64,000 nt of DNA from Carcharhinus amblyrhynchos. Taxonomy: Eukaryota. Below, in pieces: positions 24,380-37,872 of this stretch; positions within the stretch are counted from its first letter, which is position 1, and each line of letters opens with the position of its first letter. Both the position numbers and the translations under genes were made by a program. The stretch lies in assembly GCA_965287045.1 (NCBI GenBank), contig OZ336878.1, positions 69,688,001 to 69,752,000 on the forward strand, in the 5' to 3' direction. The notes beneath the pieces are model-generated. The model had not been told where the DNA came from. It did not search any database and worked only from the letters and a program-made list of their open reading frames with translations.

Positions 24380-27360
24380 ATTTACTACTTTCAGACACTT
24401 AAGACTTGCCACCTGCCCAACTACAGCAGCCCCTGTAGGAAAAGAAAGAGCATGGCCATAGCAGTGATGAAGGGGTTCCATCATTTGATGTGACACTGTC
24501 AGCCACCAGCTCAGAAATTGGCACTATATATACTTTAGAGGCTGATGTATAGTTTGAATCAGTATGTGGCAAGTCACTGGGCACATGGGGTGTAACCACA
24601 TTAGAGTGGGAAGGATTGTCACATGGCAGCTTACTGGAGGATGAGGTTTTTGCAGCAGAGGATACAGATGCTGACTTCAGTGGGCCAGCACATAGGAGGA
24701 CTCTGATGAATATGCACATTGGGATTCTTGATCCTTTGGCTCAAAGAATTTGGTTCCAAAGTTTCATAGCACATTGCACAGCACTTTCTTTCAGCCCATT
24801 CTTTCAGCCATCACAGCCTTAGCACACCTAGCCTTGATGTGGCATCAGGTGGCTGCTGTCTGTGCTTCCATGCAAGCTGTCATTGTGGCTGTGATGCTTA
24901 ATGTTCTAAAGGGCTTGCACTCGTTTAACAATCCATTTTCTAACAGATTACTAGAATTTCCGAGGTATCCTCGGGAAGTGACAGTGGCTTCATGGAGCAC
25001 AAACCCGTTGTTCTCTGGGTTCATGTCCCAGCACTGCCACTCTGCCAGTGCCCTTGTTGCCGCTCAGCCGATCAGCCAGATTGCTGGCACCCTTGTCAAG
25101 GTGTTTGAGAATGAAGTCTACTCTTATAGAGGTAGAGATGCTTAAGAGAGCCCTGCAGACTCCTCCAGTGGAAGTCAGCAGCTGGCCACCAGCCATGCTG
25201 CAGTTACTGGGATAGGTGGCACTAGAACAATTACTCACAATGGATGCTAAGGTTCATTTTTGTTTGTATAAGGATATGCTTTTGAATAAAGCTATTAACA
25301 ATTGTTATTGGTTTTATTGTTGAATATTGGCCAAGGGAATGGAGTTCTGTGATGGAGCTTCTGAGATGAATGGTGTGATAAGTAGTGGTGAATGCATGAT
25401 GGTAAAGGAAATAGTCACACACAGTCTGAGCAGGTATTTGCAAACATCTTGTCTGGAGCGAACAGATTGAGGAATGTATTCTACCTCCTTTCTCCTTCCT
25501 CTCTTCCCACCCTCCTTCTTCCTCTTGTACCCAAGGCAGCTTGCAGATGTTTGGTGGAATGACTAGGGCCTCATAATGATAATATTGTAGAATTTCCCAT
25601 GGTTGCAACTAACTTGGATATCTGTGTGCACTGGAGGGCTCCCTCCAAAGACTGCAGGAAGTGAAAACATTGCATTAGCATGCTGACTGTCTGCTCCACA
25701 ATGTGCCTGGTGGCTACATAGCTCTTGTTACATGTGCATTATATAGAGGGTCTGTTCTAAATGTAGGCTGCAAATTCATCTTCTAGACTATCTTTGTCAA
25801 TTTGATTTGATGATTGAAGTCACCAAGATTATTACATTGCCTTTGATACAAGCTCCAATTATTTCTTGCTTTATGTTCTCTCCAACAGTATAACAACTGT
25901 TAGGGGGCTCGTAAATCACTCCCACCTATAGTTTTTATTTGACCCTATTATTCCTAATTTCCAACCACATTGATTCAACTTCCTAATCTTCTCAGCTAAG
26001 GTGCTTTCTTACTAATGTCCTTACATCACCCTTTGTTATCAGGGCCACTGCTCCTCATTTTCCATTTTGTCGCCTTTTTAGAATGCTGTGTACCCAGAAT
26101 ATTTATGTCCAACTCTGGCCACCGTGTAACCAGAGCTCTGTAATGATGATTAGATCTTAACCATTTATCTATACTTGTGTTGCTAGTTCATTTAATTTGT
26201 TATGAATGTCTTGCACACTCAGATAAAGAGCCTTTTAATGTGTTTTTGCTACTATTCTTTCAGGAACCTTATTCACATATACACTATTACTGTTAAATTC
26301 TCTGCCACTTCCTGTTCCCCACCTGCTGGTCTTTACCCAAATCACTACACTGTCGTATTTCCTCAAATTTTCACTTTAGGTTTCTAAATCTTTCTTCATC
26401 TAAACTGCCTTCCCATTTGACTATAATGGGAAATTTGAATTGAACCCCCCTCTTCCCATACCGCTCATTGAGCCATGTGTTTAATTTCCTAATCTATTTA
26501 ACACAATGCCAATTGGTAGGTGGTTCAAATAATCATCCAGAGATTATTGCCTTTGAGGTTCTGCATTTTAATTTGGATCCTAACTCCTCAAACTCCTACA
26601 GTAGAACATCATTCTTAATTCTACCCAAGTCTTTGTTTCCTACCTAGACCACAACAAATGGGTCACCTCCTTGCACTCCAAGTTCATATTCAGCCACAAA
26701 GAGATGTCTTTTAACCCTAATATCAGACAACACAATTCTTGAACTTTCGTTTGCAGCTGTAGTAAACAGTATCTCTATTACAGGACTGTTTACAGAGCCG
26801 TGTGTGCAATTGATGGCACCCTGCATCATCAGGAATTCCACTATCCTCGTAAGGATGTGCCCTTTCTTCCTGCTTCTCCCTGGGGGTGTACTTTGTTATA
26901 TTCCAGATGTAGCAATGGGTCATATTGTGAGATGTTGGATCTGATATCCCTTGCTGCCTAGAAAGATTTGGCTGCACAAATGTTGGTGTCACTGTGACCT
27001 ATATACATTGCCTTGATGTGACGCTCCAGGTTGTGTTGAAGGAAATGGCATAGTTCTGTGACCACCTCTGATGACACATATTTGCCTCAAGCATTGCTGC
27101 TTGGTGAGGTGCCAATTTGAGAAGTGCTCCTGAGAAACCCACAGTGAAAAGATCCTTCATGGAGAGCCCTCCGACCTAAGAGCTTTCACTTTCTGTAACC
27201 TGTGCTTCACTTGTTGGCCATGTTGCAGATCCAGATGCCCTTTAATCACCACCCCCAAACCTGCTGCAAATTTGAATTACCAAATCCTCCTGCCTCCCCT
27301 GGATGGATACACAAACTCACGAACAAACCTTCAGAAAGATGTTTGCTGCCCATCCACTAA
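24380..27360 (-). mobile_element. Decayed PIF/Harbinger DNA transposon
   Basis: Minus-strand transposase pieces QGAINCTH (~26800, degenerate GAIDCTH) and ATRHIVEQTVSML...EGALQ (~25620-25730). A probable convergent second-ORF remnant lies at 24400-25230, with opposed poly(A) signals near 25285 and 25313. Confidence 0.7.
25770..26760 (-). mobile_element. CR1 LINE fragment (endonuclease region) inserted in the Harbinger remnant
   Basis: Minus-strand VGVIYEPPNS and GDFN AP-endonuclease motifs at ~25810-25930. Confidence 0.6.
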
Positions 27361-28162
27361 GTTTGCCACAACAGAAGTCAAAAGCATTTCACCTGTAAGC
27401 TGGCTGTCTGTCTGATCCTTTAAATAAAGCTATTCTGGGCTTGTGCTGCTGGGTGCATGTGAGACAGTTATCAGCACTGGCATCAGCGCACATGAATGGT
27501 CCAGGTTTTTCAAATCTGTTCACTGATTTATCATTAGGATAGGACTTCTCCTGATGCTTTACAGTGCAGTCATACTCTTCATCGGTGCTCTTCTCACTAT
27601 GAAACATAACATGAGCCGCACCAGCAGAGTCCTGCCATTAGACCACACCATTTCACCCTTTTGGCCTTCAGTCTTCCTTGGCACAGGCAACAGTAGTGCA
27701 CAGGGCTCAATTTTATGGCCATTATGTTTGAATGTTGCAAAGGAGTCAGAGCCTTCCAATCATTGCTCTCTGTCAAATTGAAGCAAAGCTACGCTCCTGA
27801 AATTCCCCATGTCACTTTAAAAACAGGTGCTTCTAATTTTCTAATAGTACAGCACATTGCAACTGCCAGTCATCATTACATCATGAGTAAGGAGCCTTGT
27901 AAATTCCTTTCAAGGGGTACAAGCTAATCAACATCGACTAAGATTACAGAAACAAGCCAGCCTCTGCTTTGAATTCGAAAGTTCATTCTTAATGCAATAG
28001 GATTCAAATGTTGATGTCAAAATCATAAACAAACTTGTTTAGTCACCAGTGAACATCCACAGTACTTCTGTGTAATAATATCCATTTGTGTCCCTCATGC
28101 TCTGTTCAAAACCTGAGTTTTTTGTCTTTAGAATCAACTCTATCAGTTTGGACTTTTTTAAA

Positions 28163-28516
28163 TTGGGCATTGTTGGCAAGGCCAATCTTTGTTGCCCACC
28201 CCTAAGTGTCCTTTAATGGAATGACAGGCTAGGCTTTTTCAGAGGTCAGTTAAAACACAACCACATTGTTAATGAACTGGTGTCACATGTTGGCCAGACC
28301 AGGTAAGGATGGCAGATTTCCTTCCCTAAAGGATGTTAGTGAGCCAAATGGGTTTTTATGACAACCGAAGATGTTTTCATGGTCACCATTATTGAGACTA
28401 GCTTTCAATTCCAGATTGTATTCATTGAGCTTATGTGAACTCATGTCCCCTGGACATTAGGCTGGGCCTCTGGATGACTAAACCAATGACATTCACCCTG
28501 TGTCACCATCACCCCC
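28163..28516. repeat. Short interspersed repeat sharing its end with the LINE at 44790-46690
   Basis: The motif GGCCAATCTTTGTTGCCCACCCCTAAGTGTCCTT recurs near 30775, 44830 and 60320. Confidence 0.5.
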
Positions 28517-29423
28517 TTATGCAAAGGGTCTTTGCATAACCCTTAGGAACCTACAAGAAGTTTTATACTTGTTGATAATGCAAAAAGCCAGTGATATCCA
28601 CATCATTGCATTGCTGAATATGGCTTCCTGTATTATAAGATAACATTTACTGGAAATATGTAAACTGATGAAATAATACCACATTTTAGATTTCTATTAT
28701 AAGAATATAAAAGGTGAGTTAAAATGCCTGTTTCCAAATGTATCAGAAAATATTGGATGGTTTGCCCTCACTTAATATACCTGGTGATTTTAGAAAAAGA
28801 AAAAAGCTGTCCACTAACTGATCCCATATTGGAAAAGATCAGCTTATACTCCAAGCTTACCTCTGAGCTCTCCCAGCATGTCAGCATTACCACTTTTTTG
28901 ATATACTGAGCACAAAGGGTTGCATGTTTCCAGTGAATTGGCCTGTTCTTCACTGTGATAGTTGGTGATGTCACAAAGCATCATTCAGTGGGATTGATAA
29001 TCTGTTGCTGCAAGTCTTGTAGGGTTTTAAATCTGAACAAGTTTCATGTGTTCATTCCTGTAGTAGACCTTTGAGTTCATGATGGTTTTTTGCAGCTGTG
29101 TATGCAAGAGGACATCCAGATAATCAGTAGATTTGCCATAGTGTTTTTTTCGGTCAGCTCACTGTCAATGAGGAGTAATTAAGGATAATTAATTTCCTAA
29201 TTTTACCAAATGCACGCTGGGATTGGGAAACCTCTTTCTTCATGCTTAGTCCATATCAGTATGAAGTTGACTATTATGGCTCAGTTTACCTGTCAGAGGG
29301 AGTGACTATCAACAAACGTCAAAAAAAGACTTTCATCATATGGTCATTTTCATGAGTGTGTATGAATTTCATTCTCCAAAGTTTTTTTGAAGGAAGGTCC
29401 TCGACCTGAAATGGTAATGCATT

Positions 29424-29549
29424 GGGCGGGATTTTAGGCCTTGCTTGTCCTGAAACCGCAAAATCCCACCCAACGTCAACAGACCTTTCCATTGTCTGTC
29501 CCTCACCTGCTTTGATTCCCCTGGCGGGTGGGATGGTAAAATTCTGGCT
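29424..29549. mobile_element. MITE with GGGCGGGATTTT terminal inverted repeat and ATT TSD
   Basis: ATT|GGGCGGGATTTT ... AAAATTCTGGCT|ATT. Confidence 0.75.
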
Positions 29550-32225
29550 ATTTTCTCCATCACTGCTACTTGCTATGATGGAGGCAACATTTTTTCTTGT
29601 TTCTAATGGAGAAGTATTCTCAACTCCTTTACCTGCTTCAGAAGCATAGATCTGCTGCAGACACTATGTCAAGGATTCAATTCATTTCATTTGCCATCAG
29701 TTATATGGCCCCCAAATTAATTCAAAGGCAGGGTTTGTTGGAGGGAAGCTTTGCAAATGAGAAACCAGGAGTTTGGCTCCGTTTCCCAGAGATCCTGGCA
29801 AATGTTACATTAAACTTTCATCACAAATTTACTGGCCACAGTCAGCCATATCAACAGCTGACTGATTGTCAGGCAGGAAGACAGTTGGAGAGCAGAGATA
29901 AATCTAAGATTGGAAGGAGGGAATCAAAAATTGGGTGTTGGGGTGGGATGTTGGTTGAGATCAGCGGAGCCTGAACATATAGAATTGATCTTGGTGGACT
30001 TTGGCCCAAACGTGTGCAGTCAAGGTACTTTGCTAATGAAACTGGAGTTCCACGCCTCTCTTCAGATGTGGTTTCCCAAAGTCCAGGAAGCTTGTTTGCA
30101 GAGATTAAGGCAGGACTGTTGCCTTTTACATAGCACTTCTCTTTGTGTCACCATTAGGATTTGGAGCATGTGATCTCACACCTTACTATTCTATTCATAT
30201 TATGTTGGAACACAACAGTGGCCAAGTGGGAAGCTGTTGGTCTTATAAACCAAAAATTGCAGACACGATTTCCACCACTACCTTACTATATGATCCATTT
30301 TCATTATATGAATCTATTAAATGGGATAGTATAGATTGGTATTTGGCATAGACATGATGGGCTAAAGAGCCTGTTTCTGTGCTGTATGACTGTATGACTT
30401 TGAGGAGGCTGGGAGTTGCATGCAATAAACAGAAGCTATAGTGCTATAGTTTGATTAAAAACTGTTTGTAATTGCATAGAATGTCCAGTAGGTCACAGCA
30501 GAATTGATCTGAACCTTCACCAGTTGTGGAATTAAGACTTTGCATTATTCTTCAAAGCAGCATAGTCAACTCCTACACACATCATGCTCAACATTAGTCT
30601 GTACTGTTGCCACTATAAATACTAGATTATCGTCTGTCAGCTTGGCAGCAACAATGGGGCTGAATGAATTCAGTCTATCATCTTTGGTTCTGATCCATAT
30701 CCCTTTCTATCACAAGCCACTCTTGGCACTGACTAACTTTGGTCTTTCTTGATTGCTTTTGTTATTCATTCTTGGGATATGGGCTTGCAAGGTCAGCGTT
30801 TTTTGCTCAGCCCTAGAAGGCATAATGTAGGTATTGTTGGACCTTCTGGAACTGCTGCAATTCCTCTGATAAAGATACTCGCACAGTGCTTTTACTTAAG
30901 GATTTTGACCTACCGATAATGAGGGAACTGTGATCTGTGTCCATGTCAGGATGGTATGTGGGATGGAAAGAAACTTAGAGCTGATGGTATCCCTATACAT
31001 GTCCATGTACCATGATCTTGTTCCATGTACTTATGTTTGCAGGACCATGAAATGTATTCTAACTCTTTCCATTCTTAAAATGTGCCCAAGTCATTGCAGC
31101 AATCTTTCTTGGATCTTGCACATAACCAAAGCCAAGTTCACAGATCATTCTAACGCTACATCATGCAGCAAAACTGCAAGGTTAGTTTGCATTATCCTCG
31201 CAGAGTGTGCCTCACCAGGACCATGGTTTAATTAGTCACCAACACTCAGGACCTGCAATCATGGAAGGCTGACAAATTTCAGTCCCATATGACCTTTGCA
31301 GTAGAGAGAAACCTGGCCCAGTCAGTATTGACATAGCAGTCTATGACAACTTCTTCCCTTCATAGACCCTGCTGAAGACTTAGGAGATTTTCAAATGCAT
31401 TGATTTTCTAGCAAGACTGTTCTTGCTATGGTCCAGCTCACAGAGACCAATCCTTTCTACCCTAAGTTAATGAGACCATTGTCACTGAATGAATCCCAGA
31501 TGGGATTGTGTGCTGTGCCTTTGTGCAAGGCCACTTGAAGTGTTGTTAAGCAGCTGTACAGGAGTACTGTAAGACCATCACATACGTAAGATGGCCGATT
31601 CATCAAGATGAACACACACCTCTGATAACATACACTCATACTCCTCTAGCAGATATTTTCAAGTTCCCTAATTGATCCTTACTTCTCTAGTTCAGCATCT
31701 TGCCTGGGGAGAATGGGAATTAAGCATGGAATGACGTTTAGCCTTAAAAGCAGAGACAAGGATCTACCTGCAAAGGGATGTGAAATCCTATGGGTTTTGA
31801 AGTTTAGTCCTGTTCTTTTCATGAACTCACTGTCATAAAGTAAACACTATTGTAAACTACATATCAGGAAAACAATTATAACACCAGTCACAACTATACA
31901 AACAATAGATGTCAGTGTGACAGCAGCAGGATAATATCGAAGCTTGATGAACACTTCTCCAGACCTCAAAATGTGTCTGAGGTTTAAAGCTGACAGGTAC
32001 ATTGGCCAATCATCAGTGACACAGATGTGTGCATTTGCTGATGTCAGAGGTATGGAAACAAAGGCTAGATTTTGGTAGATTGTGTGAGAAGTTTTGCAAT
32101 TTAAGATCCAGATGGGTTTTCATTGCCGGTGAAGGGGTGGGCTACATTTTGCACTCTTAAATGAATGCTGCACATTGAATATCAATTGAATCTATGAGAT
32201 GTGGAGAGGATTAATGCAAGGTAGA

Positions 32226-32350
32226 GGCCGGGATTTTACGACTTTGCTCGGGTGAGGCTCATAAAATCCCGCCCAAGGCCAATGGAGAATTCTGTTCTGC
32301 AAGCCTCACCCACCTGATCCCAGGGCAGGCATGCTGGTAAAATTCTAGCC
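32226..32350. mobile_element. MITE, same family as 29424
   Basis: GGCCGGGATTTT ... AAAATTCTAGCC, with the shared internal AAAATCCCGCCC..GGCCAATGGA. Confidence 0.7.
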
Positions 32351-32429
32351 TTAGTTACAGAGGTGAAAAGTAAATGATCAAGTACTGTACCGTTAGTCTG
32401 CATTCAAAATAACAGGGCATGGCAGTCAG

Positions 32430-32535
32430 CGGGCTATTTCCTACATTACAGCAGTGGCGACACCTCTAAAAATACTTCATTGGCTGTTAAGTGCCTTGGG
32501 ATGTCTTGAGGTTGTGAAAGGTGCTCTGTAAATGA
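32430..32535 (+). mobile_element. DeuSINE (SacSINE1/AmnSINE1-like) 3' portion
   Basis: CCTACATTACAGCAGTG...TACTTCATTGGCTGTTAAGTGCCTTGGGATGTCTTGAGGTTGTGAAAGGTGCT resembles the DeuSINE tail (recognised from memory). Confidence 0.6.
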
Positions 32536-34139
32536 GATGTTTGTAATTAGTTCATTTTGTTTCAGGTAATGAACTAAAAATTGTATTGAACAGATTTATT
32601 TTGTATTACTAGTAATTACAAAATTGAAGTCCATGAATGGATGCATTTGATGCACTGGACATACTGCTGAGCATCTCAAAAGCGAATGATGCAAATCCAG
32701 TTGCTTTATATCCTCAGTGATACTGGCATTTTAATGAGGTTTTTAACAGAAAATCATTTAATTGGGATTCAAAATAAAGTTTTATCAATATAAAGCCATA
32801 CCATACAAAGCAATAATTAACTGAATGAAGCTTGTGGGCAATTCTGTCATAAAACAAGTAAATACAGTTTAATGACAACATGAGACAATCTTACTTTAAT
32901 GTTTAGTCATGATCAATATCTAGGATCAAAAGTATCATGCTGTGAAAGGCCATAAATGATTCATTTTTATATAGGCAATAATGTAGATTTGCAAAGAAAG
33001 AATTTAGGAAACTTAAGCGTTGAATTTGACTGTTGTCTACAAGAGTACATGCAACTGTGACATGGTTCAGATTTTGGCTCTAAATTTATCAGGACAGAAT
33101 TTAACATTCGTTGAATTTGTTTCAATAATCATATTTTAATGATTAAAGGACTCAAAAAGATGTAGGACTAAAGATTCTATGATTCATACATGTAGTGCTG
33201 CCACATAGAATACATCAAGGCTCTAGGAAGATACAACTTGCATGTCTTTCTTCAATATTATCAATAAGGAATTCTGTGCAGATTGCAGTGCATGGTGATG
33301 TCTCCTTCCTGGGCAATCAGTGTTGTCTATGTAGCATTGCTTTGAATTAGTTTTTATCTTTTTCGTATTTTCTTAATGGTCTGTTGCAAATCATGCTTTT
33401 TCAGTTTCTTGGATTATTATCATATGATGAGCCATCTAGTTTGTATTGCAAATAAAGAGCTTTTCTTCATAACTTTAACACTTTAACTCTACCACTTGTG
33501 GTGGCATTTCATTGATAATAGCTAGTCCTTAAATTACAGAACTGACAGATCAAAAATGATTTAATTTATTTTTATAAACTTAGTAGTGGCTGTCATGCCT
33601 GACCTGAAATTGGGGCTTCCATCAATGTGTGCAGGTAGTAATGTAGGAACAGATGTAGGCCATTTAGATCCTCAATGCTTTGCTTTCTATTGAGATCATG
33701 GCTGATCTCTGACCAATCTTTGCTCTATGTCCCTTTGTTAACAAAAATCTATTAACCTTGGGTATAAAATAACATCTGCTCTATCAATTGTTGTTTTCAG
33801 AAAAGGGTTCTTAACATTTATCACCCTTTGCATGTAGAAATGTTTCCAAACTTAATTTCTGATAGCCTAATAGTTAGAGCGAGGCTATTGTCCTTGATAC
33901 CCAATCATTGGAAATATATTCTCTACCTACCATTTCAGTTTCCCTAATTTCTTGAACTCAGTTAAGTTTCCTGTTATCCTTCAGAATCCCAAGGAATTCC
34001 ACCTGAAATTGTGTAATTACTCCATATAATTTAATCCTTTGAGTCCAGATTTAAATCTGGTAAATCTGGGTTGCAATGCTTCTAAAGCTATCATATCCTT
34101 CCTAAGATATAAAGCCCAGAATTACAGTACTCCAGAAGT

Positions 34140-34320
34140 AAGTGGCTCCACGGCACTATTTGAAAAAGAAATGGGAGTTCTGCCAATGCCCTGACCAAAT
34201 TTCCTCCCTCAATTAATAACACAAAAGAAGATTTTCTGGCCATTCGTTTGTTTTCTGTTTGTGGGATCTTCCTTTACAGCAGTTGGCTATTGTGCTGTCT
34301 CCACAACAATGACTACACTG
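34140..34320 (+). mobile_element. DeuSINE central (Deu-domain-like) fragment
   Basis: GGCACTATTTGAAAAAGA..GGGAGTTCT...CCCTCAA...TCTGGCCATT...TGTTTGTGGGATCTT. Confidence 0.55.
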
Positions 34321-34589
34321 CTCCTAATTTGTATGTTCACATTTGTAAGCATATATCTCATCTGCAGCACAATTCCACTTGCCCATCAGTCCTTTCCTCA
34401 TGAACCAGTATTGGAGCTCAGTCTTCCAATGTGTTAAATTTAAATTGATCATACTTGTGTTTAAATATGTCCCTATACCATTGACCTTTTCCACCTTGAC
34501 TACTTCCTCTGGTCTTTCCATTCCCAGAGTCACATTAACATCCTTACCACCACACCATTCACTCTGCAAATCTGGGCGTGCTTTCAGTC

Positions 34590-35460
34590 TATTGGAATAG
34601 GAATGGCCCCACAATACTGTTATATCATTCAATTTGATTGTGGCCGATCTATAACTTAACTCCACTGCAGTTTTGACAAAGGAATACTTCCTGACATCAT
34701 CCTTGAACTCTAACTTCAAGTTTATGGCCTCTTGTTCTGAATTCGAAGAAATATTTTTTTGCTACCCTTTCTGTCTTAATCGTCTTAAATGCCTCAATTA
34801 GATCTTTTATGCTTGTCATAATACCAGCATAGTTTGTGCAACCTGTTTTCATAATTTAACAGCTTTAGCCCTGGTATCATTCTGGTCAACATGTACCTAC
34901 TTGATCACTGATCCATCATTACTGAGCTGCAGTGCCCAGCAATTTAAATAAGGTCTGACCTGAGCTTTATAGAACTGGAAAATAATGTGCACTTCATTGT
35001 ATTCCACCCATAAGATAAAGGTCGACATTATTTTAAATATTTTTTGTGCTTGTCCACTAGCTTATGGTGACTTAAGTACATGGACCCCTAAATTGCATTG
35101 CCTCTCCATGGTTCTGAGCTGATCACCATTTAGAAAATTCTCTGACCTATCTTATTTGGGAGAAAAATGAATAACCTCACACATCCCCATATTGAACTCC
35201 ATCTGCCACAGTTTTGCCCACATACCTAATCCCTTTCCAATGTTCTGCTCCTAGTTACACTATTTACTGTGTCATCCAACTTGATGCCATCATAAAACTT
35301 GGATAGATCGTTCTCTATTCCTTCATCCACCTGTTCACAAATATAGTGAAAAGCCGAAGCTCCAGTACATATCCCTTCGAGCACCACTAGTCACATGTTG
35401 CCAGTTTGAGTACATACTTTCTGTTTCCTATCTCCTAACTAATTCCCTCTCAAACCAATT
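34590..35460 (-). mobile_element. Old CR1-type LINE fragment
   Basis: The minus strand shows decayed LYKA.VRP and WQMEFN.G.CE motifs. Confidence 0.55.
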
Positions 35461-37165
35461 CATAATTTTGTGGTTTAGATTGTACAATTTTGAAATCTTA
35501 CATCCTTTCCCACTCCCCTATCCTTCTTTAGGATACACCATGAAACCAACCTTGTGTTCTTCCCTCCTGATATTTCTGTACCCAGCTTTGAGTCAGTTTT
35601 TCTTTTCTCCAATGTAAAGTGCTTTGAGATATTATTCCATGTTGACAGTGGTATATCAATTCTTCCTCTTCCTCCCTCCTCCTCTTTATTCTCTTCAACA
35701 CTTGATTGGTGTAAAGTAATTTCATTGCGGTTTTGGTAAGCCACTATTCAAATGCAAGTTTCAAAAATTATATTTTGAACTAACTGTTAGAGATGAGTGA
35801 GTTCTAGGATTTGACCCAGCTGCTTTGAAGCAACAGTAATATATTTCCAAGGGCAGATATTGTGTGATTTTGAGGGGCTTTTGTAAATTTCTGTGCACCT
35901 ACTGCCCTTGTCATTCTAGGTGGTAGAGGTTATCTGTTTGGAAAATGCAGATAAAAGAGCATTGTTGAGTTGCTGTAGAGCGTCCTGTACATTTATGACT
36001 AACGACTATTGAATATTCAAATGACTTGCATTTCAAATCCTAAATTTTTATTTTTGCCCTAAATTTAAAATCTTACTAATTGTACATTGTTGCATCATTG
36101 CTTGAGAGAGGTCGTTAAAAAGTTGCCTTTTACTTGCTGAATTTCCTTTTGTAGTCTCTCACCACCAGTCACACCCCCCCCCCCCGCCCCCCGCCCCACG
36201 CCCCCACCACCCACAGACTCTACTCCCCAGGTTATGTGAACATCTGACGAATATGGTTCATGGGCTGACATCATGATAAGTATGCACATTCACAGAAAGG
36301 TTCAACCCTGAAGGAGGCATGTTGTCTGGATGCAGACTCAGGATAAATTGAGAAAGACATTAACATTGGGCACATTCACAAATACCAATCGTGACAGACA
36401 TAAGATTATATATTGGTGCACTGAACTATAGCTAAGTAAATAGTGGTGTACTCTATGTAGTTTTAAAAGGAACAACTTTGAATACATAGCAGTAAATATG
36501 AAGTAATAAAGTGCAAAATTATGTTTTTAAGTGCTGCATTATGTTTTCAATTTCCAGTCTGATTAAAACAGTTTATAGACTTGACTTGGTTAAACACTGG
36601 CAGTGATGAATAAGGTGCTCAAAAAAGGCAATTTAAATAAATGGTCTGCTGAAATGTATACTGTATTTTTATGCATATAGGCCTTCACTAATTTCACATT
36701 GGTAATAAAAAACAGAACAGGCTGCACATTATCTACAGAGAACAATGACGACAAGTTACCTTTTGAGAAAACCGAAAGCATTTACTCAGCACAAGGAGGG
36801 TGAAAATAGGCAAGTAAGCAGGTTGTTGAATTTAGTTGGAACACTAGGCTGTGAGTAATGAGTGGGCACAGAGGAGGCCAGGATCAGGTTCACTGGGACA
36901 AGATGAAATCAACTAAACTCCCAACAAGCTGAGTGAAAGCTGCATTTGATCGTTGAATACACTACAAAAAAAAGTGTGGTCCATCGTAAAATAAAATGAA
37001 ATGGTTGCATAACTACTTATGAAGAATTGTCCTCATTTTCATAAGAAATAAATGGAGAATGCTGTCTTTTAAACAGTGAGTATATGCAGACACGCACTGT
37101 AGCAGTTTATTTATCCCGTCAGCACCTAATACAAAATTGTTTTTTTTTATTTTTTTCTTCTGTAG

Positions 37166-37275
37166 GAAAAAGAGAAAAAGTATATGCTCCAATTAGACAA
37201 TCTGAAAATTCGAGACGTGGAGAAAAGCTTCATGTCCAGCAAATATGTATTTGCACTTTTTAATACAGAGCAGAG
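37166..37275 (+). CDS. dnm3: Dynamin-3 internal exon, PH domain ([37 protein letters not shown])
   Basis: Long T-rich tract plus tgtag acceptor and gtaaga donor; 110 nt, phase 0-2; continues the previous exon in frame. Confidence 0.96.
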
Positions 37276-37872
37276 GTAAGAATTCTTGAAAAGACGTGTA
37301 CATCTTTTGTGGTTAGGATCAGGCCTTGCCTTGACATTTTCAGAAATAGATCAGATTTCTGAAGCTTTGACCATATTGCTTTTGTTTTAAACAAAAGTTA
37401 TTTTGATATCTTGAACATTGTACAAAATTTATGTAGCTTTCTCCCGTGTTGGATTTCTTGGCTAGTGGTTGGCGTGGTATCACACTTAAGAGGAAAGATA
37501 CATATTATTCATAGAATTATTTACATAGAAGGAAATTATAAACATATAAATATTTATTTGATGTTTCTTTTTGAAAAGGTGCATTTCCAATATGCCACAG
37601 AGATCTTTTAATAGGCTACCTTTCCCAATTAGACTAACCTGGTATTGGAATTTAAAAGGTACTTGCAGCCCAGCCTGTGGTTGGGTAACTCCAAATTTGT
37701 ACCAAGGCTCTTTGCTATTTAAATTCACTGATGTTTCATGTAAATGACCACAGCAGAGAATCTGAATGGCGAGGGATACTCATTCTAAATAGTAAGTTTC
37801 AGGAAGCGTAAATGTTCTTTCGTGTGAAAAGGCATATTGTTTGCAGACTGCTAATTGATCCTTCAGTGTAAA

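Noticed and set aside
28517-28539. Perfect 10-bp hairpin TTATGCAAAG-ggt-CTTTGCATAA
   Set aside because: It is short, isolated and at a repeat boundary, with nothing else supporting a function.
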